Below, one piece after another: positions 50,004 through 61,198 of a stretch of 64,000 nucleotides of DNA (positions are counted from its first letter, which is position 1; every line of letters begins with the position of its first letter). A program made the translations under genes and the position numbers. The notes under the pieces are model-generated. The model ran no database searches and was not told where the DNA came from. It saw only the letters and a program-made list of their open reading frames with translations. Source of the DNA: an uncultured Chloroflexia bacterium (GTDB lineage: Bacteria > Chloroflexota > Limnocylindria > Limnocylindrales > CSP1-4). The stretch is taken from contig CAVVNQ010000015.1 of NCBI GenBank assembly GCA_963749705.1, positions 128,001-192,000 of the forward strand. The letters are read 5' to 3'.

Positions 50004-50485
50004 AGCACGCCGTCGCCACCTCTGCCGGGGGCATCGTCATCCGCTTCCAGAACGGGACCCCGCAGCTTGTCGTGGGCCGTCGCCGCCGGGAGCGGGACGG
50101 CGTCACCTGGACGCTGCCCAAGGGCACGCCGATCCCCCGGGAGACGCGCGAGGAGACGGCCCTGCGCGAGGTCCGCGAGGAGACCGGCCTCCAGGTCCGG
50201 ATCGTCCGCCCCTTCGACTCCATCGAATACCGGTTCGTCCAGGGTGGCACGCGGATCCACAAGACCGTCCACTACTTCCTGATGGAGCCCACGGGTGGCG
50301 ATCTCGCCCGTCACGACCACGAGTTCGACGAGGTGCGCTGGATCGGTCTGGCCGACGCGCCGGAGACGCTGACCTTCGAGACGGAGCGCACGCTGGTCGC
50401 CCGTGCCGCCGAGGCCGTCGCTGCGGGCGAGTTCCCGGGCGATCCATCCCATGGCGATCCATCCGGTGGGGGCTCTGGCGCGTGA
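49991..50485 (+). CDS. NUDIX hydrolase
   Basis: SAGGIV, LPKG..ETREETALREVREETG Nudix box, IHKTVHYFLM. Confidence 0.9.
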   Translation: MARLKHAVATSAGGIVIRFQNGTPQLVVGRRRRERDGVTWTLPKGTPIPRETREETALREVREETGLQVRIVRPFDSIEYRFVQGGTRIHKTVHYFLMEPTGGDLARHDHEFDEVRWIGLADAPETLTFETERTLVARAAEAVAAGEFPGDPSHGDPSGGGSGA

Positions 50486-51591
50486 ACGACACGACGGCGC
50501 CGCTGCCGACCCCGCTGCTCGACCGACACGAGGCGCTGGGCGCACGGATCGTGGACTTTGCCGGCTGGCTGATGCCGATCCAGTACGCGGGCATCCTGGA
50601 GGAGCACCGCGCGGTCAGGGCCGCCGCCGGCCTGTTCGACCTGTCGCACATGGGCGAGCTCCTGATCGAGGGTCCGGAGGCCGGGGCAGCCCTGGCGGCG
50701 GCGCTGGTGACGGATCCGCCGGCGCTCGCGGTCGGGCGCGCCCAGTACTCGATGATCTGCGCCCCCGACGGCGGCGTCATCGACGATCTCATCGTCTATC
50801 GCCTGGCCGACGACCAGTTCATGGTCGTCGCCAATGCCTCGAACGCGCGCGTCGTCTCGGACGCGCTGACCGAGCGGCTCAGCGGACGCAAGGCCGTGCT
50901 CGACGACCAGTCGCTGGCGACCGGGCTGGTGGCGGTCCAGGGCCCGCGGTCGATCGACATCGTCGGCGGCCTGACCGACATCGACCTCGGCGCGATCCAC
51001 TACTACGGGATCACGGACGGGGTCGTGGCCGGTGTCCAGGCGCAGGTCGCCCGCACCGGCTATACCGGCGAAGACGGCTTCGAGCTGTTCGTCGAGGCGG
51101 ACCGGGCCGGGCCGCTGTGGGACGCGCTGCTCGAGGCCGGGGCGCCCGCGGGTCTCGTGCCCGTCGGGCTCGGGGCGCGCGACACCCTGCGGCTCGAGGC
51201 CGGGATGCCGCTGTACGGCAACGAGCTGGATCGCGCCACCAACCCGTACGAGGCGGGCCTGGGGCGCGTGGTCAAGCTCGACAAGCCCGGCGACTTTGTC
51301 GGACGGGCGGCGCTCGAGAAGGTGTCCCGCGATGGACCGGCGAAGCGGCTCGTGGGTCTCGTCCTCCGCGACCGTGGCATCGCCCGCCACGGATACCCGG
51401 TGCTCAACGCGACCGAGCGCACCGGCACCGTCACCTCGGGCACGATGTCGCCGACGCTCGGCACCGCGATCGCGATGGCGTATGTCAACCCCGCCGACGC
51501 CGAACCCGGTACGATGCTGGCCGTCGAGGTTCGCGGCACGCGCGTCGCCGCCGAGGTCACGCCGCTCCCGTTCTACAAGCGTCCGGCCTGA
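50482..51591 (+). CDS. gcvT: Glycine cleavage system T protein
   Basis: FAGWLMP, FDLSHMG, RTGYTGEDGFE, GLGARDTLRLEAG. Confidence 0.96.
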   Translation: MNDTTAPLPTPLLDRHEALGARIVDFAGWLMPIQYAGILEEHRAVRAAAGLFDLSHMGELLIEGPEAGAALAAALVTDPPALAVGRAQYSMICAPDGGVIDDLIVYRLADDQFMVVANASNARVVSDALTERLSGRKAVLDDQSLATGLVAVQGPRSIDIVGGLTDIDLGAIHYYGITDGVVAGVQAQVARTGYTGEDGFELFVEADRAGPLWDALLEAGAPAGLVPVGLGARDTLRLEAGMPLYGNELDRATNPYEAGLGRVVKLDKPGDFVGRAALEKVSRDGPAKRLVGLVLRDRGIARHGYPVLNATERTGTVTSGTMSPTLGTAIAMAYVNPADAEPGTMLAVEVRGTRVAAEVTPLPFYKRPA

Positions 51592-51681
51592 AGCCCGAGG
51601 GCAGCATCAGTCCGGACTGCGAGCCATCGCGACCAACCCGCGGTCGGAGCCGTGGTGAACAGCATCGGAGGAACCGGTTCC

Positions 51682-52062
51682 ATGGTCCCCGCTGATCTGC
51701 GCTATACCAAGGACCACGAGTGGGTTCGTCTCGAGGGGGACGAGGCCACCGTGGGCATCACGCAGTTCGCCGCCGACCAGCTCGGCGACATCGTGTACGT
51801 CGAGCTGCCGAACGTCGGGCGGGCGGTCGACCAGTTCGCGACCTTCGGGGTGGTGGAGTCGGTGAAGGCGGTGAGCGACCTGTTCGCGCCCGTCGCCGGC
51901 GAGGTCACCGGCGCCAACGACGAGCTAGGCGGCCAACCGGAGCTGGTCAACAGCGACCCGTACGGCGCCGGCTGGATGGTGCGCCTGCGGCTCGCCGATC
52001 CGGCCCAGGCCGACGTGCTCCTCGACGCCGCCGCCTACGAGCAGCTCGTCGCCGAGAGCTGA
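51682..52062 (+). CDS. gcvH: Glycine cleavage system H protein
   Basis: [26 protein letters not shown] (lipoyl-Lys), DPYGAGW. Confidence 0.97.
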   Translation: MVPADLRYTKDHEWVRLEGDEATVGITQFAADQLGDIVYVELPNVGRAVDQFATFGVVESVKAVSDLFAPVAGEVTGANDELGGQPELVNSDPYGAGWMVRLRLADPAQADVLLDAAAYEQLVAES

Positions 52063-52067
52063 TCGAG

Positions 52068-53456
52068 ATGCCGTACGGCCCGCATGCGGCCGACGATCGA
52101 GCCCGGATGCTCGAGACGATCGGCATCACCTCCGTCGACGAGCTGTTCGACGACATCCCGGAACCGCTTCGTGCGAGCCCACTCCGGCTCGACCCCCCCG
52201 AGCCGGAGCTCGAGCTGAGCGCCCGGCTGGTCGCGCTCGCCGGGCGCAACCGGGTGGACCTGGCGAGCTTCCTGGGTGCCGGCGCCTACCGCCACTGGAC
52301 GCCCGCCGCCGTTGACCAGCTGCTGCTCCGCGGCGAGTGGTACACGGCCTACACGCCGTACCAGCCGGAGGTCAGCCAGGGCACGCTCCAGAGCATCTAC
52401 GAGTACCAGTCGCTCCTGGCCGAGCTCACGGGGCTCGACGTGGTCTCCGCGTCGCACTACGACGGCGGCGCGGCCACCGCGGAGGCGGCCCTGATGGCCT
52501 GCCGCGCCACGCGGCGCGAACGGATCCTGGTCTCCAGGGGCGTCCATCCCCACTACCGCGAGACGCTCGAGACGTACGCGGCGGGAGCCGGGCTCGCTGC
52601 CGAGGAGATCCCGCTGGTGGCGACCGGCCCGCTCGCCGGCACGACCGACCTCGAGGCGCTCGCGCGCCTCCTCGCGGACCCGGGCGGCCCCGTCGCCGGC
52701 GTGGTCGTCGCGCAGCCCAACGTGCTTGGGCTGCTGGAGGCGATGCCCGAGGTCGGGCGGATCGCGCACGAGGCGGGCGCGCTGTTCGTGAGCGTGATCG
52801 AGCCGGTATCCCTGGCCGTGCTCGCGCCACCGGCCGAGTACGGGGCGGACATCGCGGCCGGTGAGGGCCAGCCGCTCGGGATCCCGCTCCAGTACGGCGG
52901 TCCGTACCTGGGGATCGTGGCATGCACGGATGCGCTGGTGCGCCAGATCCCGGGCCGGCTCGTCGGCCAGACCACGGACCTCGCCGGGCGCCGCGCGTTC
53001 GTGATGACGATGCGCGCACGGGAGCAGGACATCCGCCGCGAGAAGGCGGCCAGCAACATCTGCACCAACCAGGCGCTGCTCGCCCTGGCGGCCAGCATCT
53101 ACCTGGCGACGATCGGCCCCCACGGGCTCCGTGACGTTGCCTCGCTGGGCGCGGCTCGTGCCGCGGACCTCGAGGCCGCGCTGGCCGTGGCAGGCGCCCC
53201 GCGGATGCACCCCGGGCCGTACCTCAACGAGTTCGTGGTCAGGGTTCCCGACGCCGCCGGCGTCCACGAGCGGCTGCTCGAGCGGGGGGTGCTCGCCGGC
53301 ATCCCGACGAGCCGGCTGATGCCCGACGAGGGATCGATCGCCGACGGCCTGCTGGTGTGTGCCACCGAGGTGACCACGTCGGCGGAGATCGAGCAATTTG
53401 CCGCGGTGCTGCGCGAGGAGCTCGCCCGCGCCACGACACCGGGAGGCGTGCGGTGA
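52068..53456 (+). CDS. gcvPA: Glycine dehydrogenase subunit 1
   Basis: FLGAGAY, YTAYTPYQPEVSQG, REQDIRREKAASNICTNQ. Confidence 0.95.
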   Translation: MPYGPHAADDRARMLETIGITSVDELFDDIPEPLRASPLRLDPPEPELELSARLVALAGRNRVDLASFLGAGAYRHWTPAAVDQLLLRGEWYTAYTPYQPEVSQGTLQSIYEYQSLLAELTGLDVVSASHYDGGAATAEAALMACRATRRERILVSRGVHPHYRETLETYAAGAGLAAEEIPLVATGPLAGTTDLEALARLLADPGGPVAGVVVAQPNVLGLLEAMPEVGRIAHEAGALFVSVIEPVSLAVLAPPAEYGADIAAGEGQPLGIPLQYGGPYLGIVACTDALVRQIPGRLVGQTTDLAGRRAFVMTMRAREQDIRREKAASNICTNQALLALAASIYLATIGPHGLRDVASLGAARAADLEAALAVAGAPRMHPGPYLNEFVVRVPDAAGVHERLLERGVLAGIPTSRLMPDEGSIADGLLVCATEVTTSAEIEQFAAVLREELARATTPGGVR

Positions 53457-54952
53457 CGGTCGTCGGAGAGCGGCTCCAGCCGACCCTGTTCGAGCGCAGC
53501 CGGCCGGGTCGTGGTGGCGGCAAGATCCCGCATCCGCCCAAGGACGCGCTGGACCGGATCCCGACCGCGGCCCTTCGCTCGGTACCCGCCGCGCTGCCCG
53601 AGCTCGCGGAGCCGGAGGTGGTGCGCCACTACGTCAACCTCAGCCAGCTCAACTACTCGATCGACACGGGCTTCTACCCGCTCGGCTCGTGCACCATGAA
53701 GTTCAACCCCAAGCTCAACGAATGGGCCGCGCGCCTGCCCGGCTTTGCGGGTCTGCACCCCATGGCGCCCGACGCCGTCGCCCAGGGAACGCTCCAGCTC
53801 CTGTTCGAGCTCGAGGGCCTGCTGGCCGAGATCAGCGGCATGGATGCGGTCACGCTCCAGCCGGCCGCGGGAGCCCAGGGCGAGCTGACCGGGATCCTGA
53901 TGATCCGCGCCTACCACCGCTCCCGCGGCGACCTTGCGCGGACCGAGGTGCTGGTACCGGACTCGTCGCACGGCACGAACCCCGCAACGGCATCGATGGC
54001 CGGGTTCCGCACCGTCACCATCCCGTCCGCCCCCGACGGCGGCGTCGATCTCGACGCGTTCGGCGCAGCGCTGGGGCCGAAGACCGCCGCGATCATGATC
54101 ACGAATCCGTCCACGCTGGGACTGTTCGAGCGGCGGATCGGCGACCTGCTCGAGGCGACCCACGCCGCCGGTGCGCTGGCGTACATGGACGGCGCGAACC
54201 TCAACGCCATCCTGGGCCGGTTCAAGCCCGGCGAAGCCGGCTTCGACGTGATGCACTTCAACGTCCACAAGACGTTCTCCACGCCCCATGGCGGCGGCGG
54301 CCCGGGTGCGGGGCCCGTCGGGGTCCGCTCGTTGCTGGAGCCGTTCCTGCCCGCGCCTCGCGTGCTGCGCGCCGACGACGGGTCCTACCGGCTCGAGCCG
54401 CCCGGAGAACGTCCGCTCTCGATCGGGCGAATGCGGTCGTTCGTGGGCAGCACGGGGGTGCTCGTGCGGGCCTACGCGTACATCCGGGCCCACGGCGCCG
54501 CCGGCCTGTGCGAGGTGTCCGACGACGCGGTGCTCGCGGCGAACTACCTCAAGCAGCGCCTTTCGGGCGCCTACCACGTCCCATTCGCCCGACACTGCAA
54601 GCACGAGTTCGTGGCTTCGGCCGGCGAGATCAAGCGCCGGACCGGGGTTCGCACCCTGGACATCGCCAAGCGCCTGATCGACAAGGGCTATCACCCGCCG
54701 ACGATCTACTTCCCGCTGACGGTCGAGGAGGCGATGCTGATCGAGCCGACCGAGACCGAATCGCTGGAGACCCTCGATGCGTTCACCGACGCGCTGCTGG
54801 AGATCGCGCGGGAGGCTGACGAGCACCCGGACCTCGTGACCGGAGCGCCGCACGACGCGCCGGTGCGGCGTCTTGACGAGGCGCTGGCCGCGCGCCAGCC
54901 CAATCTCCGCTCGCGTGGGATGACCGGCGCCCAGACGCCCTGCCCGGACTAG
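53453..54952 (+). CDS. gcvPB: Glycine dehydrogenase subunit 2
   Basis: PLGSCTMK, QPAAGAQGE, HGTNPA, NVHKTFSTPHGGGGPG, EPTETES. Confidence 0.95.
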   Translation: MTVVGERLQPTLFERSRPGRGGGKIPHPPKDALDRIPTAALRSVPAALPELAEPEVVRHYVNLSQLNYSIDTGFYPLGSCTMKFNPKLNEWAARLPGFAGLHPMAPDAVAQGTLQLLFELEGLLAEISGMDAVTLQPAAGAQGELTGILMIRAYHRSRGDLARTEVLVPDSSHGTNPATASMAGFRTVTIPSAPDGGVDLDAFGAALGPKTAAIMITNPSTLGLFERRIGDLLEATHAAGALAYMDGANLNAILGRFKPGEAGFDVMHFNVHKTFSTPHGGGGPGAGPVGVRSLLEPFLPAPRVLRADDGSYRLEPPGERPLSIGRMRSFVGSTGVLVRAYAYIRAHGAAGLCEVSDDAVLAANYLKQRLSGAYHVPFARHCKHEFVASAGEIKRRTGVRTLDIAKRLIDKGYHPPTIYFPLTVEEAMLIEPTETESLETLDAFTDALLEIAREADEHPDLVTGAPHDAPVRRLDEALAARQPNLRSRGMTGAQTPCPD

Positions 54953-55059
54953 CAGCGGGGCAATCCGCCGCCTGCGGGACCCGGGGCCGAGGAGGGGAGC
55001 ATTTCCCTGCGCGTCGCGCACCCGCTTGACACCTGAAACGATCTGCTATCCTCGCGGCC

Positions 55060-55989
55060 ATGGTCGGCCGAAGCCTTCGTCAGATCATCTGGGCACGTCT
55101 GCGGCGGGATCGAGTCGCCATGGTGTGCCTTGTTGTGCTGATCCTGTTCTACGGGACGGCGATCATCGGTCCGATCATCGCGGGCATGGTCGGCATCGAC
55201 CCCTACAAGTTCGACCCTGCGGCGATCAGTGACACGGGCGGCAAGCCCATCGCCGACTGGGGCGGGATCACCGCCGCGCACCCGCTGGGCGTCGAGTGGG
55301 GGACCGGCCGTGACATCTTCGCCCAGCTCCTGTACGGCCTCCGGATCTCGCTGATCATCTCGACCAGCGCGACGGCCATGACGGTGTTCCTCGGCACGAC
55401 CATCGGGATCATCGCCGGGTACACCGGCGGGCTCACGGACAACCTGGTCGGACGGCTGATGGACCTCGTCCTCGCGTTCCCGACCCTGCTGATCATTCTG
55501 GCCCTGTCCGGGGTCATGACCCAGCGTCTCACCGATCTCGGGGTGCCTGCAGGCAACGCTTCCCGGATCCTGTACCTGATCCTCGTGATGAGCGTGTTCG
55601 GCTGGCCGTACCTCGCCCGCATCGTGCGCGGCCAGGTGCTCAGCTTCCGCGAGCGAGAGTTCGTCGAAGCCGCCGTGGCGATGGGGTCGAGCAAGCGTCG
55701 GATCCTGTTCACCGAGATCCTGCCCAACCTGTGGGCACCGATCCTGGTGTACGCGACCCTGACCCTGCCGGCGTACATCGGCCTCGAGGCCGCCCTGTCG
55801 TTCCTCGGTGTCGGCGTCATCCCGCCGGACACGACGTTCGGCGCGATGCTCGCCAACTCGGTGACCTATTTCAACGTGGTTCCCACGTACCTGTTCATCC
55901 CCGGGACCCTGCTGGTCATCCTGGTCGTGTCGTTCAACCTGTTTGGCGACGCGCTCCGGGATGCCATGGATCCGAAGGGCGTTCACTGA
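55060..55989 (+). CDS. Oligopeptide ABC permease (OppC-like)
   Basis: HPLG..GRDIF, REFVEAAVAMG (EAA motif), LPN, NLFGDALRDAMDPK. Confidence 0.92.
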   Translation: MVGRSLRQIIWARLRRDRVAMVCLVVLILFYGTAIIGPIIAGMVGIDPYKFDPAAISDTGGKPIADWGGITAAHPLGVEWGTGRDIFAQLLYGLRISLIISTSATAMTVFLGTTIGIIAGYTGGLTDNLVGRLMDLVLAFPTLLIILALSGVMTQRLTDLGVPAGNASRILYLILVMSVFGWPYLARIVRGQVLSFREREFVEAAVAMGSSKRRILFTEILPNLWAPILVYATLTLPAYIGLEAALSFLGVGVIPPDTTFGAMLANSVTYFNVVPTYLFIPGTLLVILVVSFNLFGDALRDAMDPKGVH

Positions 55990-56113
55990 AACGGTAGCCG
56001 ACGCCTCAGCGGGAACCGACCCGCCGGCGTTCTTCAAACGCGCGTAATTCTCGCGCGTGTACCATCATCGGCATGCGCCGGATGATTCCGGCAAGACCTT
56101 GGAGGAGGAAACA

Positions 56114-57961
56114 ATGGTCAGATCCGAATCGCGTGGGCTGCGCGCCTTGACGCTCGGCGTCGTGGCGACGGTCGCGCTGGCGGCCTGCGGGGGTTCGACC
56201 CCCACCACGGCTCCGCCGGCGTCGACGGCCCCCGGCTCGTCGGCGACGGCGGAAAGCGCTGCTCCGTCCTCGGAGATCCCGACCGGCGGCACCGTGTACC
56301 TGCTGACGCAGGCCGAGCAGTGGGATCAGGTCGATCCCCAGCGCGCCTACACCGGCGAGGACCTCGCGTTCTTCTCGGCGACGATCTACCGGTCGCTGAC
56401 GGCGTACACCTATTCCGCTGACAACCCCACGGCCTCCGGCCTCCAGCCGGACCTGGCGACCGACACCGGCACGCCGAGCGACGGTGCCAAGACCTGGACG
56501 TTCACGCTCCGTGATGGCGTGAAGTGGCAGGACGGTTCGCCGATCACGTGTGCTGACGTCGCCTACGGCGTGTCGCGCACGTTCGCGAACGACGTCATCA
56601 ACCAGGGCCCGACGTACGCCGTCGCGTACCTCGACATCCCGGCCAACCCGGTCACGGACAAGAGCGACCCCAACAGCGTCTACCTGTCCGCGTACTACGG
56701 TCCCTACAACGGCACCGGCCAGGACCTGTTCGACAAGGCGGTCTCCTGCTCCGCCGACAACAAGACGATCACGTTCCACCTGAAGCAGCCGGTCGCGGAC
56801 TTCAACTACACCGTGACCCTCGGCTTCTCGCCCGTCCCGAAGGCCGCCGACACCGGCGAGTCCTACGGCGTCGCCGCTCCGCCGATGTCCTCGGGCCCGT
56901 ACAAGATCGACAGCTACACCACCGGCAACGGCGGCAAGATGCTGATGTCCAGGAATGAGAACTGGGATGCAGCAAGCGACCCGTACCGGCACCCGTACCC
57001 GGACAACTGGGAAGTCGACTTCGGCATCGACCCGAAGGTCATCGACCAGCGGCTGATCCAGAGCTCGGGCAATGACCAGTACGCCCTCCAGTACGGCGGG
57101 ATGCAGCCCGAGAACCTGGCGACCGTGTTCGCTGATGCCAACACCGTCAACGACCAGTACACCGGCCGCGCCGTCAGCGCGTACGACATCTACTCGCGCT
57201 ACTTCTGGATCAACGTCCAGAAGGTCAAGAACGTCAAGATCCGCCAGGCGATGGCCGTCGCCCTCGACCGCAGCGGGCTCCGCAAGGCGTCCGGCGGCGA
57301 CTTCTACGGCGACTACGCCGACGGCACCATCAAGCCGAACATCGGCGCGGACTACGCCGACACCGGCGTCTGGACCACCATGTTCGGACAGGCGATCCCC
57401 GACACCGGCGACGCCACCCTTGCCAAGCAGCTGATCGCCGACTCCGGCGAGGCTGCACCGACCCTCACCTTCAACTATGCCGACACCCCCACCTACGGCA
57501 AGTGGGCGGCGATCGTGCAGGCGTCGCTCCAGGCGGCCGGCTTCACGGTCAACCTCGCGCCGCTGCCCCCGGGCTCGTACTACAGCACCGTCTTCGATCC
57601 CGAGAAGGCAGGCGACTTCGGTGTCGGTGGCTGGGGCCCTGACTGGCCGAATGCCTCGACCGTCATCCCGCCCCTGTTCACGCAGGAGGGCGGCTGGGAC
57701 CTGTCCCAGGTCGACGACGCAGCGTTCAACACCGAGGTCAAGGCCGCACAGGCCGAGACCGACCGCGCAAAGCAGTCGACGATGTGGCAGGCCCTGGACA
57801 AGGAGACCATCCAGAACATGTGGGTCATCCCCACGTTCTTCGGCCTCAAGCAGGGCATGATGGGCACCAAGCTGGGGACCACGCAGGGACCCAACGGCGG
57901 CCTGTACGACTGGGGCCCCTACAGCTCCAACCCGTACGGCGACATGTACGTCAAGCCGTAG
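56114..57961 (+). CDS. Oligopeptide ABC substrate-binding lipoprotein (family 5)
   Basis: Lipobox LAAC, PDLATD..WTFTLRDGVKWQDG..ADV, SSGPYKI, IRQAM..ALDR; GGAGGAGG RBS. Confidence 0.92.
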   Translation: MVRSESRGLRALTLGVVATVALAACGGSTPTTAPPASTAPGSSATAESAAPSSEIPTGGTVYLLTQAEQWDQVDPQRAYTGEDLAFFSATIYRSLTAYTYSADNPTASGLQPDLATDTGTPSDGAKTWTFTLRDGVKWQDGSPITCADVAYGVSRTFANDVINQGPTYAVAYLDIPANPVTDKSDPNSVYLSAYYGPYNGTGQDLFDKAVSCSADNKTITFHLKQPVADFNYTVTLGFSPVPKAADTGESYGVAAPPMSSGPYKIDSYTTGNGGKMLMSRNENWDAASDPYRHPYPDNWEVDFGIDPKVIDQRLIQSSGNDQYALQYGGMQPENLATVFADANTVNDQYTGRAVSAYDIYSRYFWINVQKVKNVKIRQAMAVALDRSGLRKASGGDFYGDYADGTIKPNIGADYADTGVWTTMFGQAIPDTGDATLAKQLIADSGEAAPTLTFNYADTPTYGKWAAIVQASLQAAGFTVNLAPLPPGSYYSTVFDPEKAGDFGVGGWGPDWPNASTVIPPLFTQEGGWDLSQVDDAAFNTEVKAAQAETDRAKQSTMWQALDKETIQNMWVIPTFFGLKQGMMGTKLGTTQGPNGGLYDWGPYSSNPYGDMYVKP

Positions 57962-57980
57962 GCATCGAGTCGTAACAATC

Positions 57981-58020
57981 CCCAGGGGGGCGGCAACGCC
58001 GCCCCCCTGGGACACCTTTT
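57981..58020 (+). terminator. Strong intra-operon hairpin after the SBP gene
   Basis: CCCAGGGGGGCGGC-AAC-GCCGCCCCCCTGGG, then ACACCTTTT. Confidence 0.75.
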
Positions 58021-58041
58021 GCCTTAAGGAGGAACTCGCGG

Positions 58042-59033
58042 GTGACGGCCTACCTGATCCGCCGCGTGCTGGGCATGATCATGCTCCTGTTCCTCCTCAC
58101 GATCACCGTCTTCTTCCTGTTCAACCTCCTGCCCGGTGACCCGGCTCGCCTGACCTGCGGCAAGGCATGCAGCCCGGCGATCATCGAGGCGAACCGCCAC
58201 CGGCTTGGCTACGACGAGCCGATCCTGGTCCAGTACGAGAAGTTCGTGACCGGGATCTTCTTCGGGCGGGTGTACTCCGCCGACTCGCCCCAGCCGATCG
58301 ACTGCACCGCTCCGTGCCTCGGGTATTCGTTCACCCGCCACGAGCTGGTGACATCCCTGATCGCCCGGTCTGCCCCGGTGACGTTCTGGCTCGCGACCGG
58401 CGCCTTCCTGATGTGGATCATCGGGGGCATATCGTTGGGGATCTTCTCGGCGCTCAACCATGGACGGTGGCCGGACCGGCTGGTGATGACGATCTCGCTG
58501 ATCGGCTACTCGCTGCCGTCGTTCTTCATCGGCCTGGTGCTGATCTTCTTCATCATCCTCAAGCTCGGCTGGTTACCATTCCCGTCGTACGTGTCCCCGT
58601 TCGACAACCCGTTCCAGTTCCTGCAGACGATGATCCTGCCCTGGATCGTCCTCGCGACCTTGAACGCGGCGTTCTACATGCGCCTCACGCGCAACCAGGT
58701 GCTCGAGGTGTTCGGCGACGACTTTGTCCGAACCGCCCGCGCGAAGGGCCTCCCGGAACGCACCGTGGTGGTCAAGCACGCACTGCGGGCGGGTCTCACG
58801 CCGATCGTCACGGCTGCGGGCCTTGACCTGGCCTACCTGCTGGGCGGAGCCATCATCTCGGAGAACATCTTCAGCCTGCCGGGACTCGGCTCGCTCGCGG
58901 TCACGTCGGTCCTCACCTCGGACCTGCCGGTGATCGTCGGGATCACGACGCTCACGGCGACGATCATCATCGTCGCGAACCTGGTCGTCGACCTGCTGTA
59001 CGCGGTCGTCGACCCGCGCGTGAGGATCGCCTG

Positions 59034-59034
<1 letters not shown>
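58042..59034 (+). CDS. Oligopeptide ABC permease (OppB-like)
   Basis: YLIRR, LPGDPA, DFVRTARAKGL, KHALR, DLLYAVVDPRVR. Confidence 0.93.
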
Positions 59035-61126
<2,092 letters not shown>

Positions 61127-61198
61127 CGGGTCGGGCGGCGCCGAGCGGTTCCGTCAGGTCAGCGCCGAGCGGTTCGGCCGCGCGATCCCGTCGGGCGG

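Noticed and set aside
50437-50465. GGCGATCCATCC duplication at the NUDIX C-terminus
   Set aside because: An in-frame micro-duplication in a disordered tail.
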